Shown in pieces: positions 27,467 through 36,889 of a DNA stretch of 64,000 nt (its first letter is position 1; every line of letters begins with the position of its first letter). The notes beneath the pieces are model-generated. The model saw only the letters and a list, made by a program, of their open reading frames with translations, did no database searches and was not told where the DNA came from. The position numbers and the translations under genes were made by a program. Where the stretch lies: the NCBI GenBank assembly GCA_964558935.1, contig CAZLFP010000004.1, positions 28,001 to 92,000 of the forward strand, given 5' to 3'. This stretch comes from an uncultured Gammaproteobacteria bacterium (GTDB taxonomy: Bacteria; Patescibacteriota; Patescibacteriia; 2-01-FULL-39-33).

Positions 27467-27519
27467 ACCATGCCTCCTATTACTGACAGGCCAAAAAAGA
27501 AATAATAATTTAAGGAACA

Positions 27520-28662
27520 CTATGTCTGTATCTTAACAAACTCCATTAAACTATTCAAATAACCGTCAATACGGTAGTTTTCAGCCTGGTTTAAGCAATG
27601 CGAACGCATATTTCTGAGCTGTTGCTTACTTAAAGCAGTTAAGGCTGACTGCCAATCATCCTGGACAATCCAGCCCGTGACATCCTGCTTGACTAATTCC
27701 GGCAAGGCTCCCCGGTTGGACACCATCACTGGCACTCCTTGAGCATATGCTTCAATTACCACCATGCCAAAACTTTCTTGCGTTAAACTGGGATTAATAA
27801 GGATATCTATCATCGGCCAAATCTGCGACTGAATTTGTTCAGATGTTAATCTGCCATAAAAACGAATCTTTTTACCGGCCAATGCTTTTGCTTGTTGCAA
27901 GACAGAACCATCCCCAACCACATGCAAGATTAAATCTTTGTCTAAGCCGTTAACCACTTGAATTAAGTCTAATATTCCCTTGTACTCTTCCACTTGACCT
28001 AAAAACAAAGCCTGAATGGTAGGCGTTGACTTAATGTCTGGTGCTGTGACGGGTGAAATGCTGGGCAAAGGATTGGGAACAATCCCTGATTGAGATTTAG
28101 GAAAATAGCCTAACCGATCATACACTGACTTTAGATATTGGGATGGAAAAATCACCACCGAAGATGAATTAAACAATCTTTTACACACCCAGCTGTATAT
28201 CCTACTCAAACCGGTTAACTTGGCGGGCAATAAGCCTGAGGGATGTATTAACTGCATATCATGCAAGGTGTGGATATGCTTCACACCCAATGACTTAATA
28301 ACCCAAGGCGTGTAATAGCCCAAACCTTTCAAATTATGGGTTAATACCAAATCCGGCTGAATCTTGTTAAGAGCCCGAAACATTTTCCAAGCCTGAACAT
28401 CATTAAAAGTGTCTATGATATGCCAGATGAATCTTAACCAAACTGGCTTAGAATTAATATCCAAAAAATTAAAAACATTAAAAGGTGTCAGATAATGCAC
28501 CTCGACTCCATTTATGTTTTTTGTTTCATTCCGGTAGCCAAGACATATCACACTAACTCGATGACCAGCTTGTTGTAAGCCCGCCACCACAGTTGATACC
28601 ACTCTTTCCGCCCCGCCCCGGGTGTATGGCTGGTAGATGGAATGAATAACCGTTACTTTCAT
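27520..28662 (-). CDS. Glycosyltransferase family 4
   Basis: GGAE, YKG, ESFGMVVIEA. Confidence 0.9.
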   Translation of the reverse strand: MKVTVIHSIYQPYTRGGAERVVSTVVAGLQQAGHRVSVICLGYRNETKNINGVEVHYLTPFNVFNFLDINSKPVWLRFIWHIIDTFNDVQAWKMFRALNKIQPDLVLTHNLKGLGYYTPWVIKSLGVKHIHTLHDMQLIHPSGLLPAKLTGLSRIYSWVCKRLFNSSSVVIFPSQYLKSVYDRLGYFPKSQSGIVPNPLPSISPVTAPDIKSTPTIQALFLGQVEEYKGILDLIQVVNGLDKDLILHVVGDGSVLQQAKALAGKKIRFYGRLTSEQIQSQIWPMIDILINPSLTQESFGMVVIEAYAQGVPVMVSNRGALPELVKQDVTGWIVQDDWQSALTALSKQQLRNMRSHCLNQAENYRIDGYLNSLMEFVKIQT

Positions 28663-29057
28663 GCTCGAATTATTTTATATCGATACCAAAACAAACTGAT
28701 ACAACTGCCAGCAATATCCAGCAGCCAATCACTCAGATGAGATTCCCTGCCCGGCACAAAAAATTGGTGAAACTCATCCGTTAAACCGTAAAAAACAGCA
28801 ATTAGAAAACCAAAAACCAAAGCTTTGTTGGTTTTAATCCCTGAAGAAATGAACGCTCTCATTAACAGAGCTGCTAAAACAGCATAATTAATCACATGTA
28901 CAATGGATGAAATGAAATTAAAATCTTGGTCACTTAAAGTTTGAGTGCCAGGCAGACTGCTAATGGAGGATGAGATAAAAATAACCGTCATCCAAAGTAT
29001 GGCCAAAAACCAATTTAAGATAATTAAATTATCTTTTTTCTTTTTCCAATCCAGCAT
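28659..29057 (-). CDS. VanZ family membrane protein
   Basis: WM.VIF..SS, H...Y..L, YG.TDEFHQFFVPGR....DW..D. Confidence 0.88.
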   Translation of the reverse strand: MLDWKKKKDNLIILNWFLAILWMTVIFISSSISSLPGTQTLSDQDFNFISSIVHVINYAVLAALLMRAFISSGIKTNKALVFGFLIAVFYGLTDEFHQFFVPGRESHLSDWLLDIAGSCISLFWYRYKIIRA

Positions 29058-30201
29058 AAATTTCAAGTAATTTTTTAATTACGATATCCCAACTGTACTT
29101 TTGAGCATAGACAGCAGCTGCTCGAGCTAAATCCGCTTGCAGTTGAGGTCGACTTAAGATTTTAATCACCTTGTTGGTTAATTCCTGGTCATCCTTGGGC
29201 TTGACCAAATAACCGGTTCTTTCCGGGACTAAGGTGGTTCTAACTCCCGGCCAATCTGAAACCACCACCGGCAAACCGCAAGCTTGAGCTTCAGCCACCA
29301 CAATGCCAAAGCTTTCAGTAGAAGCCGTGGAAGGTAATATGAAAACATCTGCTAAGCGGTAATAATCTGGCAACTCATTATTGTTAATCCAGCCTAAAAA
29401 TATGACCCGCTCTGCAATACCCAGCTGTTTAACCTGTTTTTCGTACTTGGCTCTTAAATCGCCGTCTCCCACCACCAGTAGCTTTAAATGCTGCTGACTC
29501 TTTTCCATCTGCACAACAGCTCTTAAGAGCACTTCCAAACCTTTGAAATAGTGCTGGCGATCCAACCCGCCCACAAAGATCAGCACCTTATCCTGTTCTC
29601 TTAAGCCTAAACTGGTTTGTAAAACAGGGTCTTTGGATCCAAGTTTAAATATTTTGGTATCGATGGCGTTGGGCAGTTCTACAAACTTATCCGGATATTT
29701 GGCTAAATAAGTCTTCAAATATGAATTCTGAGCATGATCAAAAGACAAAACTCCCACTTTATCTACCCGCCTGATGATACCACCTAAGAAAAGCTTGAAA
29801 TACAGATAAAAGATCAGCTTGGTTAATCCTCGACCGATTGGATCCATCTGGTAGTGTAAAACCACTTTTGTCTCAGGATGTTTGCGTTTAAAGCGCTTAA
29901 CAACCAAGTCTGTGCCGAAAAATGGATGGTACACATGAACCAGGTTAAATGGCTTCAGCTTGTATCTTAAATCCAGCAACCAGCCGGCTTTGCCAATGGT
30001 CAGAGTAACCGGTAAATACTCTATTTCAAAATCAGGATTCGCAATTTTATTAACACCGGGATAATCCGGTGTAAAGATGGTCACGGCATAGCCCAGTTTG
30101 GCCAATTGCTTGGCCTGGTAATAGGCATTATTACCAATGCCACCGCCCTGAGGCGGCAGTGCACACACTACGATAGCAATTTTAGGTTTGTTTTTTACCA
30201 T
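29029..30201 (-). CDS. Glycosyltransferase family 4
   Basis: FVGGLD..HYFKG, ESFGIVVAEAQACG. Confidence 0.9.
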   Translation of the reverse strand: MVKNKPKIAIVVCALPPQGGGIGNNAYYQAKQLAKLGYAVTIFTPDYPGVNKIANPDFEIEYLPVTLTIGKAGWLLDLRYKLKPFNLVHVYHPFFGTDLVVKRFKRKHPETKVVLHYQMDPIGRGLTKLIFYLYFKLFLGGIIRRVDKVGVLSFDHAQNSYLKTYLAKYPDKFVELPNAIDTKIFKLGSKDPVLQTSLGLREQDKVLIFVGGLDRQHYFKGLEVLLRAVVQMEKSQQHLKLLVVGDGDLRAKYEKQVKQLGIAERVIFLGWINNNELPDYYRLADVFILPSTASTESFGIVVAEAQACGLPVVVSDWPGVRTTLVPERTGYLVKPKDDQELTNKVIKILSRPQLQADLARAAAVYAQKYSWDIVIKKLLEIYAGLEKEKR

Positions 30202-31244
30202 AATATAATCCACTTAACCAGATAAAAATAAGCTTCCATGATGGGATTGACCAAATATTTTAAAATTGGATTATCTATTTCCTGAAATTTAATCGACCCC
30301 ACATATAGTTTCAATATTTGCCTGTCCTTAACCTTTCTTAATCTAAATTGAACTTCCAAACGTCTAGCTAAGATAGAAGGCAGATGCTGACACAGAGATA
30401 CATACCCTTTTAATTTTTCCAACAGCCAGCCGTTTTTAAAGGCAAACAGCAAAATACCCAGTTCCATAAACAACCAAGCCGGCATTAAAATAAACAAAGT
30501 CAGGCAGCGGTAATTCTGCAACATAACCATAATTCTGTTGCGGTCCATATAAAAAAACTTGTACTTGGCTTTGGAATAATTATATTGGTGGTAACAGACG
30601 GCCAGAGGATCGACTTGTGTTAAATAACCGGCTAAGTTTAGTCTCCAACCCAAATCCACATCTTCATGATACATAAAGAGCTTGTCGTCAAAAAGACCGA
30701 TCTTTTTTAGTACTGACATTCTAAGCAAGCAAGCTGCCCCCGAAACATAGGGAGCTGCAAAAACCTTGCCCTCATCCACCCTATCCAATTCCCGGTAATG
30801 ATTGCAGAAAGCAAAGCCCAAGAAATGAATACTGTTACCCAAGCTATTTATACGATTGGTTTCCGGATACAACAGAATCTTGGGTTGCAGAGCGGCGACT
30901 TTTGTATTTTTTTCCAAGTGATTGACCAAGCGCATTAAACAGTTTCTTTCCAACATGGCATCATCATTTAACAGAAACAAATAGTCAGACTGATGCTTGG
31001 TGGCTAAAAAATAGGCTTGATTATTCGCTTCAGCAAAGCCCCGGTTGAAATAGTTCTCAACAACTTTAACTTGCGGGTATTTTTCCTTGACAAAACCGAC
31101 TGAACTGTCGGCTGAGCCATTATCCACCACGACCACTTTGAGCAAAGACTTGGGATAATTGGATTCAAAAACCGAAGCTAAAGACTTTTCCAACTTTAGC
31201 CTGGAGTTAAAACTAATAATGGCAATAGTGATTTTTTTATTCAT
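30195..31244 (-). CDS. Glycosyltransferase family 2
   Basis: VVDNGSAD, GFAEANN, LLNDD, FMYHEDVDLGWR. Confidence 0.9.
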   Translation of the reverse strand: MNKKITIAIISFNSRLKLEKSLASVFESNYPKSLLKVVVVDNGSADSSVGFVKEKYPQVKVVENYFNRGFAEANNQAYFLATKHQSDYLFLLNDDAMLERNCLMRLVNHLEKNTKVAALQPKILLYPETNRINSLGNSIHFLGFAFCNHYRELDRVDEGKVFAAPYVSGAACLLRMSVLKKIGLFDDKLFMYHEDVDLGWRLNLAGYLTQVDPLAVCYHQYNYSKAKYKFFYMDRNRIMVMLQNYRCLTLFILMPAWLFMELGILLFAFKNGWLLEKLKGYVSLCQHLPSILARRLEVQFRLRKVKDRQILKLYVGSIKFQEIDNPILKYLVNPIMEAYFYLVKWIILW

Positions 31245-32115
31245 CTGACCAATCTTGTTCGGTATAGTATTTAGCAGCTAAACCGTTAGTTAAGAGCCTC
31301 AATTCAGACGCTTCTTGGTCTGTAACATGTTTTTTCCAATTCTTAACCAACTGAGAACTGTCTCTATTTAAATCCAATTCTTGACCGGGTGTGGCTTCCA
31401 CTTGATTATGTCCGCCGGAAGATTTGATAATCTGCTGTTCAATCTCTGATGTCATGTTCAAACCCAGACTCAGATACATTCTCTTAAACTCAGCTACGGG
31501 CTGCAAAGATACATCTTCATGCCGGACAACAATCCAATCCGGATGTTGAACCAGATACCGATCTAAAACATGGTAAATGCACAGCCAAAGGGTAGCTGCT
31601 TCCTCGACAAAAGATTTATGTTCTTTGACAATTAAACTTCGGTAGTCTGCCAAATAATCTGCCATCAGTCTGTCTTGTTTGCTGAAATTAGCAAAATCAA
31701 AATGCCAGTTTACTCTTTTTAGCGAAGCATAAAAAGCAGCCGGATGTCTGACAATAACCACCACTTGCATATTGAACTTCCTGGCCAGCCAATCTGCTGA
31801 CATACAAGCAATGGGATCTTTAAGCAAAGGCCTCTTAACACCGGGGAGAAATGCGTTTGACCAATATTTCAAAGCTGGCAGATTAACAGGAATGTCTCCT
31901 TTAAACTTAAGCAATTTATCTATGGCCTGAACATATGAATCTTGGTTGTCTTGGTTGATGTATAAAAACCAGTCCTTAATCTGCTTCAGGCCAATCTTGG
32001 GATTGAAAGGTTCGGAGATATATTTGACTTCTCTGGGCAAAGCTAATATCTTACCGATCCAAGTGCTGCCGGAACGATGTGAACCGGTGACTAAAATGGG
32101 TTTTGGTTTATTCAT
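31237..32115 (-). CDS. Sulfotransferase
   Basis: 5'-PSB loop GSHRSGSTW, EPFN, KDP, 3'-PB motif RHP....S. Confidence 0.88.
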   Translation of the reverse strand: MNKPKPILVTGSHRSGSTWIGKILALPREVKYISEPFNPKIGLKQIKDWFLYINQDNQDSYVQAIDKLLKFKGDIPVNLPALKYWSNAFLPGVKRPLLKDPIACMSADWLARKFNMQVVVIVRHPAAFYASLKRVNWHFDFANFSKQDRLMADYLADYRSLIVKEHKSFVEEAATLWLCIYHVLDRYLVQHPDWIVVRHEDVSLQPVAEFKRMYLSLGLNMTSEIEQQIIKSSGGHNQVEATPGQELDLNRDSSQLVKNWKKHVTDQEASELRLLTNGLAAKYYTEQDWSDE

Positions 32116-32431
32116 CTTTTAAAGCGTCTTGTCTGACTAGGTTAGTAATGTTTTTCTCCATTTTTTCAATCCTCATCAGCAACCGATACAGTAAATAGAA
32201 AATCACCAGAATGGAGACGTAGATAACCAGATCAACCCCTCGACCAATACCCACTCTATCAGCTAGATAGGAAGTGATTTTAGGATAGGCTATGACAACG
32301 ATGGCAGTCAAACCAACTGCCAACCAGGTTATGAACTGACTGAAGTTAATCTGTTTTTTGTAAACTTGGTATAACAATCTTAAACAGAATAAACCAATTA
32401 TAGGAATTAAGATGACTTGGATAATTAACAT
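32108..32431 (-). CDS. DUF2304 family membrane protein
   Basis: GIGRGVDLVIY, C-terminal IE..IT.LVR..AL. Confidence 0.88.
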   Translation of the reverse strand: MLIIQVILIPIIGLFCLRLLYQVYKKQINFSQFITWLAVGLTAIVVIAYPKITSYLADRVGIGRGVDLVIYVSILVIFYLLYRLLMRIEKMEKNITNLVRQDALKDE

Positions 32432-32437
32432 ATAATC

Positions 32438-34381
32438 TTAGATTAAGCCTAACTCTTTTTTACGATCAATAATTCGTTTGCGAATATCTCCCTCAACTGT
32501 CACCCATTGTTTTCTTTTAGCTAAAGCATCAATGACTTGTTCGGAAGCATATTCCAACCCAGTGAGGAATAAATGTCCTTTGTGTTTAACAAACATTTTA
32601 GCTTGCTGTTCAGTTATAGTGGCTAAGCCACTTAAATCTATGTCTGCCCGACTCTTGACTAAAATCTTAACTACTTCTTCTGACACTCTTCTGACAGCAC
32701 TCAAATTCATGAATCTGAGTTTACTTTTAACCAGATTTTGGGCCATATCTGGAGTTAATTGCTGCAGATCCTCTAGGTTGGCGATTTCTCTTTTTTCAAT
32801 CGCTTTCTTGGCTTGTTGATGAGCTCGATCAAAAATTTCTAATTCCAATAATCTTCTGGCTTGCTTTCTAATCCCATATGCTCTGGGCAGATACGTTAGT
32901 AAGTTGTCTATATCCTCTTGATTATCCTGCCACATGCGCCGACTGGTCACCTGTGATCTTATCCTATCTGAGACTTCTCGCAATGAGTCTAAAACCTGCC
33001 AAGCTGACTTAGCACCGGCAGTGGAAGGTATTTCACCCAATTCAGATATGAAATGATCCAATTCCTCCAGAGATAAACAACGGGCAGCAGCGGATTCCCT
33101 GGCTTCTCTAACCCTTCTTTCTTCAACAGCATCAATTTTTTCAGGCCTAGCACCAGCCAGTTCTTTATTTAAAAGTTCTCGCACCTTACGTCTCAGACCA
33201 AACATTCTGGGAATACGGTCCAAATCCCTGGCTACTGCTTCACATTGACTGTTCCATTCGTGAATACTACTCACTTTAGCATCGATTTGCATCGCTACAT
33301 CCCTGATGATTTCAATCGCTTTTTCACCTGTCATATCTCCGGCTGTACTTGGCACGATCTCAACTTCAAGCAGGAGATCATATAATTCTTCCAAACTTTC
33401 AGCTTGAGCAATGCCAGCTTCCGGTGTTTTGTGTGTTTCTACATCTGGTTCTTCTTCAGCTGGCTGCTTATCAAATTGCGGCTCATCGACCGCTTGTGAT
33501 AATTCCTGAACAGCCTGTGCCGGTTGTTGAGTAAAGGGATCAGGTGCTGCAAATTGATGGGCACAATATGGACAAATAGCAAGAGTTTTTTTAATCAGGC
33601 GACCGCAGTCTGGACAAGAATGAAGATTGTCATTTTCATCCTGAGACCGTTCTTCTGCCTGTTGACTCAATTCATCCAGCGGTACCGACGGTTCATTATC
33701 TTTTTCACTCACCTGTGTCCCTCGCTCATAACCACAATACGGACAAAAATTCCAGGCTTTGTGAATCACCACTCTGCCGCAATCCGGACAGTTATTTTCC
33801 TGTTCTGTCAGTTCAGATTTCTGTTCTTTTAAACTCAACGCCTGAGCTGCATCCTCTGGTTCAACAGAGGCTTGTACAGGTTCTGGTTGTTCAACTGCCT
33901 GTTGACCGGAACTCTCAGCTGCGTCAATTACCTGCGTACCTGTATTCTTTTCAATGTGACAAGTTGCTCCCGACGCTAATTCCACCATACACCCCATGGC
34001 TCGGTCAATCTCCAAATGACTGTCACTGGCTACCTTAAAGAGACTGCCCCTGGCGACTTCAACTCGACCCTGACAATTATCTCCAATTTCAATCGGAGAA
34101 CCATCCACTGAATCAAAAGTAAAGCGAGAGTTTGGTCCAATACCAATCCTTGAACCTTGCACTAAGGTGACTGATAATTCATTCTTGCCGGCCGTTTCTA
34201 AATTGGAGCCTTGTATCTCTTCCGCATTTAAGCTTGCTCCTTGGGACAATTCCAAATTACTGCCTTCAATCCGCTCATAGTCTGCCGCTTCATCTGCCTC
34301 AATCTTGAAATCAACATCTTTCAAGCTATTGGCTTGTTGTTCCGGTTGACTGCTTGGCAGCTCTGATTTATGAAATGGCAT
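32438..34381 (-). CDS. Multidomain hypothetical protein (18-aa repeats, two zinc ribbons, duplicated helical domain, LRR-like tail)
   Basis: 647 aa ORF; CPDCG..CPYC twice; SLEEL...PSTAG...PR..G.R twice. Confidence 0.8.
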   Translation of the reverse strand: MPFHKSELPSSQPEQQANSLKDVDFKIEADEAADYERIEGSNLELSQGASLNAEEIQGSNLETAGKNELSVTLVQGSRIGIGPNSRFTFDSVDGSPIEIGDNCQGRVEVARGSLFKVASDSHLEIDRAMGCMVELASGATCHIEKNTGTQVIDAAESSGQQAVEQPEPVQASVEPEDAAQALSLKEQKSELTEQENNCPDCGRVVIHKAWNFCPYCGYERGTQVSEKDNEPSVPLDELSQQAEERSQDENDNLHSCPDCGRLIKKTLAICPYCAHQFAAPDPFTQQPAQAVQELSQAVDEPQFDKQPAEEEPDVETHKTPEAGIAQAESLEELYDLLLEVEIVPSTAGDMTGEKAIEIIRDVAMQIDAKVSSIHEWNSQCEAVARDLDRIPRMFGLRRKVRELLNKELAGARPEKIDAVEERRVREARESAAARCLSLEELDHFISELGEIPSTAGAKSAWQVLDSLREVSDRIRSQVTSRRMWQDNQEDIDNLLTYLPRAYGIRKQARRLLELEIFDRAHQQAKKAIEKREIANLEDLQQLTPDMAQNLVKSKLRFMNLSAVRRVSEEVVKILVKSRADIDLSGLATITEQQAKMFVKHKGHLFLTGLEYASEQVIDALAKRKQWVTVEGDIRKRIIDRKKELGLI

Positions 34382-34390
34382 ATGATTGAT

Positions 34391-35041
34391 TTATTTTTTA
34401 ATCATTAAATCCCAAACTATTTTAAAAGAATTTAATATGCTCTGCCCATATTCGTGGTAAGTAATGGTAACCGGCACTTCTGTGTACTTTAGCTGATGAT
34501 CTGCTATTTCATTCAGTAATTCTGAGGCATAGGCTTGGCGGTCTTGAATTAGATTTATTTTTCTCAATGCTGACCGACTCCAAGCCTGAAAACCATTGTG
34601 CACATCTGTCAACCTTAAACCCGTAAGAATACGAGTGAATTGCAAAGCCAGTTTCAGAGTAATTTTTTTGGATATGGGCAGATTCTTAGCTCGACCCAAG
34701 AACCTGGAACCCAGAGCCACTTCAAATTTGTTGAGCAAAAGAGGCTCCAAAACTTTGTTAATTTCATCGGCTCTCATTTGGCCGTCCGCATCAAAAAAAA
34801 CTAAGTACTCATATTCTTTTTTGAAAAAAAACTCTATCCCGGTTTTCAAAGCCGCTCCCTGTCCCCTGTTCAGTTTATGAACCAAAACTTTAGCTCCGGC
34901 TTGACGGGCCAAACTGACTGTCTGATCCTTGGAACCATCGTCCACCACCAAGACGTCATAACCCTGCTGTTGAACACTCTTAACCACCGCAGATATCTGA
35001 TCTGCTTCATTGTAGGCTGGAATTAAGACTAAAGTTGACAT
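34391..35041 (-). CDS. GT2, polyprenyl-phosphate sugar synthase-like
   Basis: IPAYNE, VVDDGS.D, NRGQGAALKTG, FDADGQ, TDVHNGF. Confidence 0.9.
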   Translation of the reverse strand: MSTLVLIPAYNEADQISAVVKSVQQQGYDVLVVDDGSKDQTVSLARQAGAKVLVHKLNRGQGAALKTGIEFFFKKEYEYLVFFDADGQMRADEINKVLEPLLLNKFEVALGSRFLGRAKNLPISKKITLKLALQFTRILTGLRLTDVHNGFQAWSRSALRKINLIQDRQAYASELLNEIADHQLKYTEVPVTITYHEYGQSILNSFKIVWDLMIKK

Positions 35042-35416
35042 TTATTCCTGATTAAATTCTTCCAATTTATCTAAAGCTATAATTTTGGTTATATAGCCGT
35101 CTAAACCAATATCATCAGTTAATTCAGAAAAATATATTTTTTTCTTTAAAGCTAAAGCATAACCTAATTCCAGTTTACAACTGGTACCCATATAGCCTGC
35201 CGGGAGTATGAAATAGACGGCTTCAGATTCTTCAATTGCCTTAAAATGATCCCAGGCAAATTTATTTTTTTCTTGAATGGTTTGAGCTGAATCTTCACTC
35301 TCAGGATTTAATTCCAAATTGGGAAACAAAGGCGTTTGTCCCAATTGCCGTAATCTATCCATAGCATCCACTACCAGTTGCCTGTATTTCATACTGGCAC
35401 ATAAAGTAATTGTCAT
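35042..35416 (-). CDS. Hypothetical protein, nucleoside 2-deoxyribosyltransferase-like fold
   Basis: ITLCASM...H..AI..S.AV...GY.G.S...E.GYA.AL.K.IY pattern. Confidence 0.55.
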   Translation of the reverse strand: MTITLCASMKYRQLVVDAMDRLRQLGQTPLFPNLELNPESEDSAQTIQEKNKFAWDHFKAIEESEAVYFILPAGYMGTSCKLELGYALALKKKIYFSELTDDIGLDGYITKIIALDKLEEFNQE

Positions 35417-35425
35417 ATATACAGA

Positions 35426-36439
35426 TTATTTCCCGGGCTCCAACACCCCTTTCTGGGCGCTTAGATAATCGACAGTTTCATTTAAACCTTCATCGATTAG
35501 AATGATCGGAAACCAACCCAAGTTTTCCTTGGCTTGAGCTATACTCATAATCGGTTGGGGTGCCATATTGACGGTTGGTTTTTGGTATTTAATCTTAGAG
35601 TCGGATTTGGTTAATTGAATGATTTTTTGAGCAATCTCAGTAAAAGATGTTTTCCAATCTGAAGCCAAGTTAATCGGACCAACTTCATTGCTGGCCATTA
35701 ATTTAACCAATCCCTTAATGAGATCTGAGATGTAGAAGTAAGCACCGGTCGAATCTTTGTCTCCGTAAATGATAACCGGTTCATTGTTGACTGCCGCTTT
35801 AATCATCTCCGGAATCATGCGTCCGTCGTTAAGACGCATACGAGGACCATAGCAATTGGAAATTCTAACGATCTTGGTATCCAAGTTATGGACCTGACGG
35901 TAATTTTCAACCAAAGCCTCACCAAATCTCTGACCCTCAGCAAAACAGGCTCTGGAATCAAGCTGGTTGACTTTGCCAACGTAATCTTCGGTCACTGCTT
36001 TTTTTATCTCGACTTGACCATAAACGGCCGGAGAAGACGCATACACCAATTGAGCTTTGTATTTAACCGCTAAATCCAAAACGTTTTTCAGGCCCAAAGA
36101 ATTAATGAGCAATGTTTCAATGGGATACTTGGTGTAATCTGCCGGAGAAGTGGGTGAACCTAAAAAATAGATTTCTTGCAAACCTTGGAATTCAATTCTA
36201 AACTCATTCAAACCGGGTTGCTTTTCCAGATCAAGTGGATTGACAATGTCATGTTTAATCAATTCAAAATCCGGATTCTGCAACAGATGGGCAATGTTAT
36301 CTTCATCACCGGTTAAAAAATTATCTAAACAAATAACCTTGTTGGATGCAATTAATTCATCGCACAAATGAGAACCAACAAAACCCGCCCCTCCAATGAC
36401 TAGGATATTTTTTTTGTCAAAAATGGCTTTGGGAGACAT
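35426..36439 (-). CDS. UDP-glucuronate decarboxylase-like SDR with altered catalytic residues
   Basis: GGAGFVGSHL, DNFLTG, SP..Y...PIETL, N.YGPRM..DGR; canonical RxCYDEGKR reads RACFAEGQR. Confidence 0.85.
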   Translation of the reverse strand: MSPKAIFDKKNILVIGGAGFVGSHLCDELIASNKVICLDNFLTGDEDNIAHLLQNPDFELIKHDIVNPLDLEKQPGLNEFRIEFQGLQEIYFLGSPTSPADYTKYPIETLLINSLGLKNVLDLAVKYKAQLVYASSPAVYGQVEIKKAVTEDYVGKVNQLDSRACFAEGQRFGEALVENYRQVHNLDTKIVRISNCYGPRMRLNDGRMIPEMIKAAVNNEPVIIYGDKDSTGAYFYISDLIKGLVKLMASNEVGPINLASDWKTSFTEIAQKIIQLTKSDSKIKYQKPTVNMAPQPIMSIAQAKENLGWFPIILIDEGLNETVDYLSAQKGVLEPGK

Positions 36440-36448
36440 ATGAATATA

Positions 36449-36889
36449 TTATGTATTATTGACTGTTGCAACGGACTTGAAAGTCCATGCTTTGTTTAAA
36501 GAAAAATTGAACAGACCGACTGTCACAGATACAATGATTTTAGCCAGCAGGTCATAAATATTTAAATAATCCACCGTTAAGAACAACAAGGTTAGATTTA
36601 ATGCCGCGCTGATGGAGTTGGCTGTAAAGAACTTGATGTATTGTCGTCTTAAATCTGTACCAGTATGACGAAAAGTCCATTTGCGATTGATGTAAAAACT
36701 CCAAGATACGACTATTATGAAAGAACAGAGGGCTGCTAATAAATACTGCAAATGACAGATTCGAGTCAAAAACCAGTAAAAACCAATGTCCAAAAAAACA
36801 TTGCCCACTCCGACCACTCCATATTTGGTCATCTGTTTGGTGACAGGATACCGTTTGAAAAGATAGAAATTTCTAACCTTAGAGATCAT
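36449..36889 (-). CDS. GtrA family flippase
   Basis: KYGVVG, F.IN.KWTF, NFSLNK.WTF; start reassigned to MISKVRN. Confidence 0.88.
   Translation of the reverse strand: MISKVRNFYLFKRYPVTKQMTKYGVVGVGNVFLDIGFYWFLTRICHLQYLLAALCSFIIVVSWSFYINRKWTFRHTGTDLRRQYIKFFTANSISAALNLTLLFLTVDYLNIYDLLAKIIVSVTVGLFNFSLNKAWTFKSVATVNNT

Noticed and set aside
27284-27505. 73-aa plus-strand ORF
   Set aside because: Antisense to the zinc-ribbon ORF, which has a clear SD and Cys pattern
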